A DNA stretch of 64,000 nt from Octopus bimaculoides (GCF_001194135.2 NC_068986.1:44812010-44876009), one strand, 5' to 3'; positions 1 through 11,484 are shown, counted from the first letter of the stretch. The notes: generated by a model not told the origin, from the sequence alone. Numbers and translations are program-made.

Positions 1-59
1 AATATGGTGTACATAATGATTATGTCAGACCTTGTTTTCTCACAACTTTCAGAAAAAAA

Positions 60-329
60 AAGCCTAGTAGTACTTATTCTGTCGGTATCTTTTTGCTGAA
101 CCGCTAAGTTACGGTTGTCAAGCAATGGACGAGGGGACAAACACAGGCATACAAATATATACACGACTGGCTTCTTTCAGTTTCCATCTACCATATTCAC
201 TCACAAGGCTTTGGTCAGCCCAAGGCTATAGTAGAAGACACTTGCCCAAGGTGCCACGCAATAGGACAAAACCTGGAAACTATGTGGTTGGGAAGCAAGC
301 TCCTTACCACACAGCCACGCTTGCGCCTA
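60..329 (-). mobile_element. tRNA-type SINE, family 1 (cephalopod-like)
   Basis: Minus strand has head GCGTGGCTGTGTGGTAAG with A/B-box-like motifs, then CACCTTGGGCAAGTGTCTTCTACTATAGCC and tail ...CTTAGCGGTTCAGC...AGAATAAGTACT. Many homologous copies occur in the window. Confidence 0.85.
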
Positions 330-389
330 TATATATATATTATTATTATTGTTATTATTATTATTATTATTATTATCATTATTATTATT

Positions 390-936
390 GAGTGAGAGAG
401 CAATGCATACCATCAAAGCGATACTGGGGTAAAATATACGAAGCCCAGTATACCCTTCATGACTACCCGTCTGATAAGGGTACACCAGGTACATGCATCA
501 TATTACATGCGCATGACATGGTGATCTCATATCAAGGTAAACAGCGCATGACCTCGCAGGTAGGGCCCAGTTAGAATTTTCTTCAGGTCGAGTAGCCCAT
601 CCTGCTCAAAAGGCCCCTGAATAAGGTTTGTTTAAGGATGTTGAGCAAAACACCCATGTTTCCAAAAGTAAATTATTCAAACCCCAAAGAATTCCTCTCA
701 ACACATGGCTATGATGCTCCCCCACTACTTCTGCTCTTGATCAGAGATGCACATATCGTCAGCCACCAAGGGACATGCTCAACTGGTTAAGGTCAAACAA
801 CTGACAAGCAAATCTGTGGTATTAAGCAGAATATTTGCTGTAGCCCATCTTTTATACCAAGACAAAACAATGTTCATAACACTTCCAATCATTTAAGATC
901 AGCCATAAGAGCCACTGCTTGGTACTGCATCAGGGC

Positions 937-937
<1 letters not shown>
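390..937 (-). mobile_element. About 550-bp non-coding interspersed element embedded in (TAA)n microsatellite (possibly R4/Dong-related)
   Basis: Sharp boundaries against (TAT)n arrays on both sides (339-389 and 938-989); no ORF. The family assignment is inferred from the target motif only. Confidence 0.55.
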
Positions 938-993
<56 letters not shown>

Positions 994-1119
994 AATGTAC
1001 ATTGAAAACAGTCTTATTTTAGGTTGTCACCTATCCCAACATACATTTTATACATACAAAATAACACTTGAAATTTTGTAAAAAATTTTAAGATGACGTC
1101 AGTGTGTATGCAAGTATCT

Positions 1120-1329
1120 TTTAAGGAGGCCATGCTGGGGCACCACTTTGAAGGGTTTATTGAACGTGTAAATTCCAGGACTTTTTGTAAGCCTTAGAAC
1201 CTATTCTCTCGTTCTCTTTTGCCAAACGACTCAGTTATGGGGACATAGACAAACTAAACCGGTTATCAAGCAGTGGTGAGGACAAAGGCATACATACATT
1301 GTTTATGCACGTATATATACAGAGAGGTG

Positions 1330-1360
<31 letters not shown>

Positions 1361-1534
1361 ACAGACAGAGAACGGGCTTCTTTCAGTTTCCGTTCACCAA
1401 TATCAATCACAAGGCTTTGAACAGCTCGAGGCTATTACAGAACACATTTGCTGAAGGTGACACACAGTGGGACTGAACCTAAGAGCACGCGGTTGAGAAG
1501 CAAGCTTCTGAACTACACAGCCACGCTTGCGCCA
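1120..1534 (-). mobile_element. SINE family 1, diverged, with internal (GA)n
   Basis: Homologous to the 60-329 and 1795-2207 copies (CACAGCCACGCTTGCGCC head end; GGGCTTCTTTCAGTTTCCG). Confidence 0.75.
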
Positions 1535-1794
1535 TATTTTATGGCTGTTTAACACTTAATGTTGCATTGACTAATCATATTCCAACCATCACCAACTTTC
1601 CAAACATCACATAATGTTATGACAATGAAGTCACTTGTCAGCATAACGGAGTGTAGTTTGAAGTAGATTTGACTTAACTCTAGTAAATCAAGTGAGTCTG
1701 TAGAGTAATGGTTCTCAACCTATGTGGCCCATGGGGGTTCATATAAGATTTTGCTGTAAAAATTTATGTACTATAAACTGGTTATATTTATATA

Positions 1795-2207
1795 CTCTTT
1801 TACTCTTTTACTTGTTTCAGTCATTTGACTGCGGCCATGTTGGAGCACCACCTTTAGTAGAGCAAATCGACCCCAGGACTTATTCTTTGGAAGCCTAGTA
1901 CTTATTCTATCGGTCTCTCTTGCCGAACCGCTAAGTTACGAGGACGTAAACACACCAGCATGGGTTGTCAAGTGATGTTGTGGGGACAAACACAGACACA
2001 AACATATACACACACATACAAATATATATATATATATATATACATATATACGATGGACTTCCTTCAGTTTCCGTCTACCAAATCCACTCACAAGTCTTTG
2101 GTCGGCCCGAGGCTATAGTAGAAGACACTTGCCCAAGGTACCACGCAGTGGGACTGAACTCGGAACCATGTGGTTGGTAAGCAAGCTACTTACCACACAG
2201 CCACTCC
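1795..2207 (-). mobile_element. SINE family 1, full length, with internal (TA)n
   Basis: TACTCTTTTACTCTTTTACTTGTTTCAGTCATTTGACTGCGGCCATG tail through to the TACCACACAGCCACTCC head. Confidence 0.9.
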
Positions 2208-2879
2208 TTGGGGAAACAATCTTCTACAACAGCCTCGAGCTGACCAAAGCCTTATGAATGGATTTGGTAGATGTAAACTGAAAAGGCACGCATCGTATAT
2301 ATATATGTGTGTGTGTGTGCAGCGTGTAGATGTAACAGTAATTGATGTAAAGTTTTCACGACGGAGATACCAAGCGAAGAACAATCGAAGAATAAAGAAC
2401 ATTATTTACTTGTTTATTTGCCCGCAGTTGTAAATAAGATTGTGACAAAGTATTGCTATATTAGTCACTAACAGGTTGTTAATAAAGTTATAGTAATTGT
2501 ACATAGACGAATGTGACAGCTTCGATTGCTGGTTGGCACTTGTGTGAAGGTGAAGAAAAACTGACTGTTATTATCCAGTTATCTGGAACTACTGAACTGG
2601 TGGCTAAGAAAAGGGGTTTTTTTATGATCTCAGGCGCACTTGCTATCTCCTCCGAGACAAAAGAATCGCTATTTCTTATCTAGTTTTCAACTCCAGATGA
2701 CCTATCTATGATACTTAAACTAAAGTAGTGAGATAGAAAAATGACAGCTGACCTCAAGAGTTCTGATGTGATATGTGTTAAAAAAAAAAAAGGGAAAATG
2801 TTGCAGTGAAATCTAAGTTACGGTTTCTATTCTTAAGTTAGGCAACCAAAAACTGAGCTTCTACATATGCATATATTTA

Positions 2880-3123
2880 TGTGTGTGTGTTTTTGTGTTT
2901 GATCCCTAACTCCATTTACAACCAGTGTTATTACGTGTGTGTGTGTGTGTGTCTTTATGTTTGTGATTGTCTTTCACCACCACTTGACCACCAGGGCTGG
3001 TTTGTTCACTTTCCCATAACCTAGCAGTTCAACAAAAGAGACCAGCAGATTAAGTGCCACCTTTCAAGGCAGTGCCCCAGCATGGCTGCAGTTCAATGAC
3101 TAAAATATGTAAAACATAAAGGA
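2880..3123 (+). mobile_element. SINE family 1 3' half
   Basis: CCACTTGACCACCAGGGCTGG...CAGCATGGCTGCAGTTCAATGACTAAAA...TAAAAGGATA tail. Confidence 0.7.
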
Positions 3124-5654
3124 TAGATGATATATCTGTATATACCCACTCCATATTGCTTTCCAAAACAGGTCAACAATTTTTTGGTCAAATCTGGTGA
3201 TATTTTGAGTTGGATAGGGCGTGTCATCATTATTGCAACGGGGATTAGGAATATGAGCTATTTATTCAAATCTAACTGCACCTTCCGGTTATTAACACAA
3301 ATCAATTGCAGAATTCTTCCTTTGTTTATATTCTTACTTGACATGCATTTCTATTCACAGACATCCCATAAAAGATGAACTGTACAAGGGAAGTAACTCA
3401 GAATATTTACTCTTAATAGTTATTTCCCTTGAACAATGCTTTTATCTATTTAATTATTTATCTATCTATCTATCTATGATATTTTCTGTGATACACGATC
3501 CCTTTTGGTCGCTTTTTTTCGCATGATCCCTTTTGATTGGATTTTTTTTTTTCGAAAAGAAAAGCTCTACATTGTATTTTGTCCCTTCTGTGTTCGGCCC
3601 TGTGTACAATAATAGATAGATAAAGAAACTTATCTATCTATCTATCTATCCTTCGACTTCGTCTCACCAAAATGGCTTCTTAACCCAGTGCTATTATTTA
3701 TAGCCTTAAAAACTACAGTTACAAAACAATTATTTCACGATTTCTTGAAAGTTTATAAATTCTTATGATTTAGATAACTTTGATTTCGGCCATTGTGTGG
3801 AGCAGCGTAGCCCTTTCGAGAACGTAGTTGCTGTTGGCGAAAACGCACCCAGGTGTCTGTGGTTTATTTGATATTGGAGGAATTTGTGGGAATAATGTTA
3901 AATAAAGCAGGGCAAGTTAAGAAAAGAAGTTGTGAAGAACGTTGTTTCTATCAACCGGTGAACCAATGGATGAAACAATAGCTGCATAGTAGATTTCTTT
4001 CTTTCCTTTTTTTTTCCCGCAAATGAAAGGAACACTTTGGAATGGCTTACAATTTTCTCAACGGTCCAGACTTTCTCAGCGGACCTACTGTTATGGAGAT
4101 TATATTTTTTCCGATTCTAGCGTTGTTTTTGCTGTAGAAAAAGAAGTGTTGCTGGTGGAAGCATCTTGGCTAATAGATCTTACTTTTCTTTTCTTTTTTT
4201 TGTTTTTATTTTGTTTAGCTATTTGTTAATTCTCTGTGTTTCCCCCCTTATTAATGTTATTCTTCTCACTTGGAAGCCTGCATCAATTTTTGTTCGTGCG
4301 TCATAATGAGGATGGCTTGATAGTAACTGTGTTCTCAAATAGCTGCACGAGCGTTTTCATATCAGAGAAAATGTATATGAAAGACCAGTCGACAAGGAAT
4401 ACATCATATACAATAGCACTGCAGGTCGCTTTAAGTATATCTGCGTTGTCACCTGGGTTCGCTGGGTTCAGTGATTTGGGTCAAATGAGGAAGATTTTTG
4501 TAATTTTTTCAATTGATTTTATATGGGAATCCCGCAGGAAAGTGTAATGATGGTTGCTTCTGATAAGACCCTTTAGGGGAGGATCCTGTGGACTCTACCA
4601 GCATTGCCCTCCCCGGAAGAGTGGGCAGAGAAAACGGCTGGCTGGCTGGCTGGATTGTATTTGCATGTGTGTATTAACTGATAAATATACACACACATAC
4701 ACGAATACAAACCCTGCTCTTAGTGAAACGAAAGTTTTGTAGCATTGTATTTTGGCTGATTTGGAATATCTAAAATTCCTTTGAAAGGAACTTTCTAGTG
4801 GATTTGATTTTTTGATTCTGCTGATGCATGATCATCATCTTCGTTTCAATCTTAAACACGTTCTTGATACTCATAATGAAGATGTTATTATTTAATGAAT
4901 TAGCTTTTCTTTGTTTCTCACAGTTAAGGTGTAACATTGCTCTGTAGTTAATTCTACTAAATCTTCTCTAGGAAGCAAGTGAGTAAAGATATTTTAGCAG
5001 TTTTCAAGTTTTCGATGGTTGCTTTTTGTGGCTACGATGTAGTATAGACGATTGAATTGAATATATTACGGATGTTTAATGCGTCAGTCCTGATGAAATG
5101 AAAAGCAGAAATCACCCGCGGCCGTACTTGAACTTAGAACGTAAAGGAGTGTTTGTGAACACTCCTAACGTAGCTTTTTAACGCACATTGTGTTAAATAT
5201 GTCAACACTAGCCGAACTGTTTATTTAATCTAAGCACGCTTAATATTATTACGAGCCAATACCACTCGTCCAGTAGTATGAATTCTGAATTTTCTGTAAG
5301 ACACAGTACAGCATATGTCAGCTAGTCCTGAAAGATTAATAATAAAACACTTGTACCAAAAACAGGACGCAACGTGAATAACGGACAGAGTCAAGACTAT
5401 TGAAAAGGTTGCAAGACGCAACGAAAATTTTAGGAAAATAAAAATAATAAGTGGAAATTTTAACGGTGTGTGTGTTAAATTTTAAGGCACGAAAAGAAAA
5501 TGACTTTCCCCAGACACAACAGAACTTGTACTAAATAACCTTGTTTTCGATCATTTTGAAACTCTTTAATCTAAGGGAGAAAACTCTAATCCCTTTATTT
5601 TTTTCCAGTTTTTTCTTTTCTTATATTTCTGCATTGCAGTTGTTTTCAAATGTT

Positions 5655-5800
5655 GTACGGAGGCTGTGGTTGAGAAGCTTGCTTCCCGATCGTGTGGACT
5701 TCGGCTCAGTCCCAGTGCACGACACCTTAAACAACTGTCTTCTATAGCCTTGAGCCGACAAAATTCTTTTGAGTAGATTTGGTGAACGGAAACTGAAAGA
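5655..5800 (+). mobile_element. SINE family 1 5' half
   Basis: GGCTGTGGTTGAGAAGCTTGCTTCCC...TCAGTCCCAGTGCACGACACC...GGAAACTGAAAGAA. Confidence 0.7.
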
Positions 5801-5857
5801 AACACAAATTCATGCATACATACATACACACATTCACACACACATACATACATACAT

Positions 5858-6296
5858 GATATGATGGCCGTCCACTCGTGACCGAGGAAGACCATTGCCG
5901 ACCTTCAGGAACATTGTGCGCTCTAGGACTAACTTATATTTTGCAATTGCGGCTCCGTTGGTGACTAATGAGCCCTGTTCCTGACTGCAAACATTGCAGA
6001 TTAAGCTTTCCTCATTCACTATATGAGCCGTGCGCTTTCGCGCAGCTCGCTTAAGTTCTTCATGCTGGATACGTGCTCTCTCAAAAGTGTCGATCCTCTC
6101 CTTAACCTGCTTCCTCCATCGGCATTGAGTATTAAGGCGATGGCGCACAGGCACCGGTTACGTTGGACTGGACACCTTATTAGAATGAAGGATAGCAGGA
6201 TTCCTAAGCAGATGCTATATGGAGAACTTGTGAATGGAAGGAGAATCCGGCAGAAACCAAGGCTGAGCTTTAAGGACTGTGATATGCAGGACACTG
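5858..6296 (-). mobile_element. RTE-clade LINE 3' fragment with a 5' inversion
   Basis: 6122-6296 reads on + as SIKAM..RLRWTGHLIRMKDSRIPKQMLYGEL..KPRLSFKD. 5858-6121 reads on - as the next downstream RTE segment RWRKQVKERIDTFERAR..KRAARK..LICNVC plus 3'UTR. Flanked by (CATA)n on both sides. Confidence 0.8.
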
Positions 6297-7067
6297 ACAT
6301 ACATACATACATACATACATACAAGAGGTAATACCTTAGTTTCCAATAGCAGCAGCATCCTTTAGGATGGTCGGGTACACAAGTTCTCATGTGACTCCCA
6401 CTTTTGGTTCCGAGACCATTCTCAACTACATCCTGGTAACTGCTTCTGCTGGCAGGCTAAATTTGGTGAGGAACCAACGCTTGAATATGATGATTATGTC
6501 GTTGAGGAATGTTATGAGGACCTGGAGAAAATCACCAGGGCAGCTCCTAAAAAAGATGTCCTCATCGTCCTATGAAACTGGAACGCCAAAGTAGGTGCGG
6601 ATGGATATGACCAATGGGCTGGGACAGTGGGATAATTTGGGATCGGAGAAACCAGCGATCGTAGACACCGACTCCTTGAATTTGCTAGCAAGACCTCGCG
6701 CTGAACAGCATGGTATGCCCGTAGCGGCAGCACTCATAGCCAAATTGACTTCGTCCTCGCACTTCAGAAGTTCAAGTCCAGCATCAACAAGTCTAAGACT
6801 GGGACCTTTGCCTGGTGCGGATGTCAACAGTGATCATGATTTGGTCAGGATGACAACGAGGCTCAAACTGAAAAGGAACCATAAGAAAAGATCCACACGT
6901 ATTAGCTCCGATGTAGACAAACTGAAAGATCCCAGAGTTGCAGCGGTGTTTGAGGCGGAAGTAGGTGGCAGGTTTGAAGCCCTTAACCTTTTGGAAGATT
7001 ATATAAAAGCCAATATCAAGGAAGTACTTCAGGAAATGACTCTAGGAGGAAAAAGAAACCATGGGTC

Positions 7068-8253
7068 TGTAAGGTAACGACCGTGTGTACTCAAAAAAGG
7101 AGAAATGGTGACGGATGGAAAAACAGAGGACTCCTTTTATTTAAACGCGTCACACGGTCGAACACAAAATAATATATATCAAATGATGATATACAAATTA
7201 TGTTATACGATGATAACATAGATGACCAGTAATGAAAGACCACAACCGTATAAGATGAATAACAGAGATATTTATTATGGCGTTAAAGATGTATGTCTGT
7301 GTGTGAGTGTGAAATGCGACATATAAGAACATAATCAAAGACAGGCCGTCATACAAAGAAAAGTGTGTATGTGAGTGATACATGTATGTGTATGTGAGTT
7401 ATTACAGCAAATAGAAAGAGTNNNNNNNNNNNNNNNNNNNNNNNNNNNNNNNNNNNNNNNNNNNNNNNNNNNNNNNNNNNNNNNNNNNNNNNNNNNNNNN
7501 NNNNNNNNNNNNNNNNNNNNNNNNNNNNNNNNNNNNNNNNNNNNNNNNNNNNNNNNNNNNNNNNNNNNNNNNNNNNNNNNNNNNNNNNNNNNNNNNNNNN
7601 NNNNNNNNNNNNNNNNNNNNNNNNNNNNNNNNNNNNNNNNNNNNNNNNNNNNNNNNNNNNNNNNNNNNNNNNNNNNNNNNNNNNNNNNNNNNNNNNNNNN
7701 NNNNNNNNNNNNNNNNNNNNNNNNNNNNNNNNNNNNNNNNNNNNNNNNNNNNNNNNNNNNNNNNNNNNNNNNNNNNNNNNNNNNNNNNNNNNNNNNNNNN
7801 NNNNNNNNNNNNNNNNNNNNNNNNNNNNNNNNNNNNNNNNNNNNNNNNNNNNNNNNNNNNNNNNNNNNNNNNNNNNNNNNNNNNNNNNNNNNNNNNNNNN
7901 NNNNNNNNNNNNNNNNNNNNNNNNNNNNNNCAAAGAGAAACTGGATCGAGACGAATTTGGCCACCGAGTTAAAGCTATTTATAACAAACTATCGGCTCCC
8001 GATGGCTTCAGAATTTTACTCTATCACGTGACCTTATTAGGGGCCGTGATTGGTCAGTTTGCGTTCTGGCGGGAACGGTTCGAAGAAGTTGCCGCTTCGA
8101 ATATTAATCAGTCACGTGATGACAAGGTTAATGTTTTCCGCTACGTTCGCGTTTATTTATATTTAAATGAGAAGAATGGCGATAGCAGTTTTGTATCTAA
8201 TGGCGATAGGTAGTTTTGTATGTAATGGCGATCGAGGTGTTAGTTTCACTACA
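7068..8253 (-). mobile_element. LTR retrotransposon insertion (solo LTR or gap-collapsed element, Gypsy-like)
   Basis: TGTA...TACA termini and 4-bp TSD GGTC (7064-7067 and 8254-8257). Minus-strand AATAAA lies about 70 nt from the end (7141-7136). Removing the element restores the LINE frame KKPWVADDILDLCE. Contains a 509-N gap. Confidence 0.8.
7422..7930. other. Assembly gap (others at 16470-16673, 17453-17462, 33723-34090, 35196-35309, 43057-43567, 47303-47364, 57301-57310, 61372-61381)
   Basis: Runs of N, mostly next to microsatellites or homopolymers. Confidence 0.99.
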
Positions 8254-9773
8254 GGTCGCTGATGACATCTTGGATTTATGTGAGTTACAACGAGGCGTGA
8301 AGAAGACCAAGCTAACAGGTCAGGAGGCAAGTAAGCAATACAATAGGGAGGTTAGGAAGAAAATGAGGGGTCGAACAGCAGACTAGTGCAAAGTCATCGA
8401 AGCTAGAATAAAGAAGAGCAATAGCAAGGTTGTTCATGAAACTATGAAAATTCTAACGAAAACAAAGAAATATACCACTACTATCGCTGAGAGTAAAACA
8501 GGCTTGCTCCTCATGGATGAGAATGATATCATCAAAAATGGTCTGAGTATTGCAAAGACCTTTACAATCACAAGCACAAACATGACAGCAACATCCTACA
8601 GAATTCCAACAACAACAACAGAGAATTTGGGGATACGCCAATTCTCCAGGAGGAAGTCGAAGAGGCAGTGTGCATGCTCAAAGATGGAAAATCCCCAAGA
8701 GTAGATAACATCCCAACAGATCTCCTAAAACATGGAGAGCCAAAACTTATCAAGGCATTGATATTTACCTGTCAGAAGATATGGGAAACGAAAAAGTTGC
8801 CAAAGGAGTGAACTCAATCACTGATGAAACCCATTCGTAAGAAAGGCAACTTAAGACTGCCAGAATTATAGAACAATCAGCCTAAAGTAGTCACCCCAAA
8901 ACAGACTTGAGGGGAAAGCAGAAGAAATCCTTACAGAAGAACGAGCAGGATTTAGGCTCAAAAGGAATGTGTAGCAGATATTTAACATTAGACTGCTCAC
9001 CGAGAAAAATTTACGACACCATTCTGGCCTCTATCACAAATTCGACGACTTCAAAAAGACCTTTGACCGTGTTTAGCACGATGGGTTGTGGCAGGTGAGG
9101 AAGAATTACAACTTCGACAACAAACTCATCGAAGCACTATCAAAACTCAAGCAATGCAGTTCTCCTGAACAACAGCAACGGAGAATTCTTCAGGACAATT
9201 ATGGGTGTTCGACAAGGAAGTCTCCTCTCTCTAGTGCATTTCAACATCTTCCTGGAAAACCTCATGCAGGAGACACTTCAAAACTACCCCTCTGGTTCCA
9301 CTGAACGACGGCCGATTTCCAAACTGTGCTTTGCCGATGATATTGACTTGTTAGGAAGCAGTGAAGCAGAACTACAGGAGCTTACCACCAGACTGGAAAA
9401 AGTATCATGAGCATACAGGATGTAGATCAGCAAGATCTTGGTAAATAGTAACAGCCAAAACACAGCAACCAACATCATGGTGAATTGAGAAAGACTTGCC
9501 GAAGTGGACACTTTCAAACACATAAGATCCACTTTGACTGAGGACGGCAGATCTCAAAAGAAACAAGATTCAGTTTAGCCTCTGCTGCAATGACGAAGTT
9601 GAATGCCATATGGAAAATCAATTCCACTAAATTTTCCAACAAGACTAATAATGAACAAGTCTCTGGTGACTTCGATCCTTCTGTGTGGGTGTTAGAGCTG
9701 GTCTCTTACAGCTGACATGGAGCGAAGAATCCAGGCATTTGAACATAAGTGCTTCAGAATCCGTACACTGAGC

Positions 9774-10420
9774 ATGACCCAGAAGTTGCTCCTCTTCGAT
9801 TACTACCGCAAACAGCAGTAGCTTTCTTCAACTGAACACACGTCGTTGATTGGTTAAAATTACCCAAATACGACAGCTTTAACACGAAATAACGACATGT
9901 AGTCAGCTGAAGAAAGCTACTACTGTTTGCGATTGTAATCGAAGAGGAACAACTTCCAGATCATCTCTACTAAATATCACCGCTCTGTTCTATTCGTATG
10001 TCGAGCGAAGGGCGAAGGGAAAGTGTTGCTTCTTGGTCATAGCTGACACAAAAGAGAGGCTTTCAGCCACAGGAAAGAGGATGCCACCTGTATCCTTTCT
10101 TCCTTTCTAGTTAGCACCGTGCATTCCTTACTCTTCCCTTCTCTACTGACATTTAGTAGAGATGACCTGGAAGTTGTTTCTCTTCGATTACTTTCGCAAA
10201 CAGCAGTAGCTTTCTTCAACTGAATACACATCGCTGATTGGTTAAAATTACCCAAATACGACAACTTTAACACGAAATAACTTCTAAAATACGAAATTTG
10301 TCAAAAATGTTGAAAGTAAACCGTATTGAGCGTGAGAAATTACCCCAGTATACGAAGTTTCAAACTGTTTAGTTAAAAAAAAAATATTAAAAAATCTGTG
10401 AGCGAAACTGAACAGATCGC
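9774..10420. mobile_element. Unclassified repeat element with direct plus inverted internal repeats
   Basis: About 120-bp direct repeats at 9774-9893 and 10162-10281; a 73-bp inverted copy at 9903-9975 pairs with 10151-10223. It truncates the upstream LINE. Confidence 0.6.
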
Positions 10421-10759
10421 ACGCTAAAGTGTAAAAGGCTAAGAAAAGGTAGACCGCACGCTAAAAGTAATTTCACAGTGTAGACAAGATACTGCAGTAG
10501 ACGGTACGCTAAAGTAGCACCAAAAATTGTTATTTTCTTATTTGTTAACACTGGCAGGATATTAATGCAGAGAAACAATACCAGATGCTGCATATAAGGT
10601 ATTCAATCTGTCTCTGGTTTTTCTGCCAACTTATGAACTCCTGGCATTTCTAGAGGCGGGTGACCATACCTTTTACCTTTTACTTGTTTCAATCATTAGA
10701 CTGTGGCTATGCTGCTCATACAGAAATTTCTAATTTGTGTAGACGATGTCATCATTTAA

Positions 10760-11100
10760 TATTCGTTTTCCATGCTGGCATTGGTTGGTCGATTTGACAG
10801 GAGCTGGCAAACGAGGAATACGCCAAGCGCTACTGTCTATTTTGGCATGGTTTCTACGACTGGATGCTGTTCCTAACGCCAATCATTCCATAGTGTACTG
10901 GGTGCTTTTTGAGCGGCACTAGCACTGGTAAAATATCACCAAGTAACTTGCAAAGCAAAGATCACTTAACAGAGAGGATAAGTGGTATTGAGTGAAGGAC
11001 TTTGTGCCAGATGACGAAGAGTTAAATTATGATAGAGGGACAGAAACAGGGATCTTACTGTAGAGGAGCTACATCGTTGCCTCAGTCAGGAGAGAGAGTG
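10760..11100 (-). mobile_element. RTE-related 3'UTR repeat (same family as 51225-52050)
   Basis: CATGCTGGCATTGGTTGG...GGCATGGTTTCTACGACTGGATGCTGTTCCTAACGCCAA matches the reverse complement of the 51.3 kb and 51.9 kb copies. Confidence 0.65.
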
Positions 11101-11189
11101 GGGGGAGACGCTAGCGATATATCCGGGCGTACTCTCAAGGTATATGATGTGCTATTACAGTAGATATTGCCTGGATCACTGGTATCTAA

Positions 11190-11484
11190 TCTATATTTAT
11201 ATATATAAAACCCTTTGTATCTCTGTCTGTTCCCAATGCATTCTCAAACGGCTCAACCAAACCAAATCAAATTTTACATGGTAATACTATGAGACCACGT
11301 GAGTGTCAACATGTAATTTTTTTTGGATTAAAACAATGTTCCGTACTACGTCTCAAAACTCGAATAAAAAATGTGAAATCTTCCACGGAGTAACAGTTAT
11401 AGATAGTTTCACTTTTAATAATTGCACTGTGTATAAATATATATAAACATATGCATATATATGTATGTAAGTATGTATATATGG

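Larger units (their letters stand above)
6474..9772 (+). mobile_element. RTE-clade LINE, degraded ORF (APE endonuclease plus reverse transcriptase), interrupted by an LTR element
   Basis: APE motifs PT..D..VEECYEDL...PKKDVLIV.xNWNAKVG and SDHDLV. RT motifs GVRQG.LLS..FNIFLE and FADDIDL. Many stops and frameshifts; truncated at 9772. Confidence 0.92.

Noticed and set aside
215-329. tRNA-like A/B boxes in SINE heads
   Set aside because: No cloverleaf or anticodon arm can be folded; these are SINE promoters, not tRNA genes.
4236-4547. 103-aa ORF in unique sequence
   Set aside because: Non-ATG start, no recognisable domain, no splice context; length is within chance expectation.
5085-5125. CTGATGA...GAAA hammerhead-like string
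   Set aside because: Stem II is at most 2 bp, and no stem I/III or UH cleavage site can be built.
6330-6473. Possible second inverted LINE 5' segment or HDV-like ribozyme upstream of the APE fragment
   Set aside because: I could not assign it to the LINE or build the HDV P1/P1.1/P3 pairings by eye; it needs a family consensus.
7335-8031. Long ORFs in the track spanning N runs (also at 33.7, 35.2 and 43.0 kb)
   Set aside because: They are open only because N codons contain no stops.
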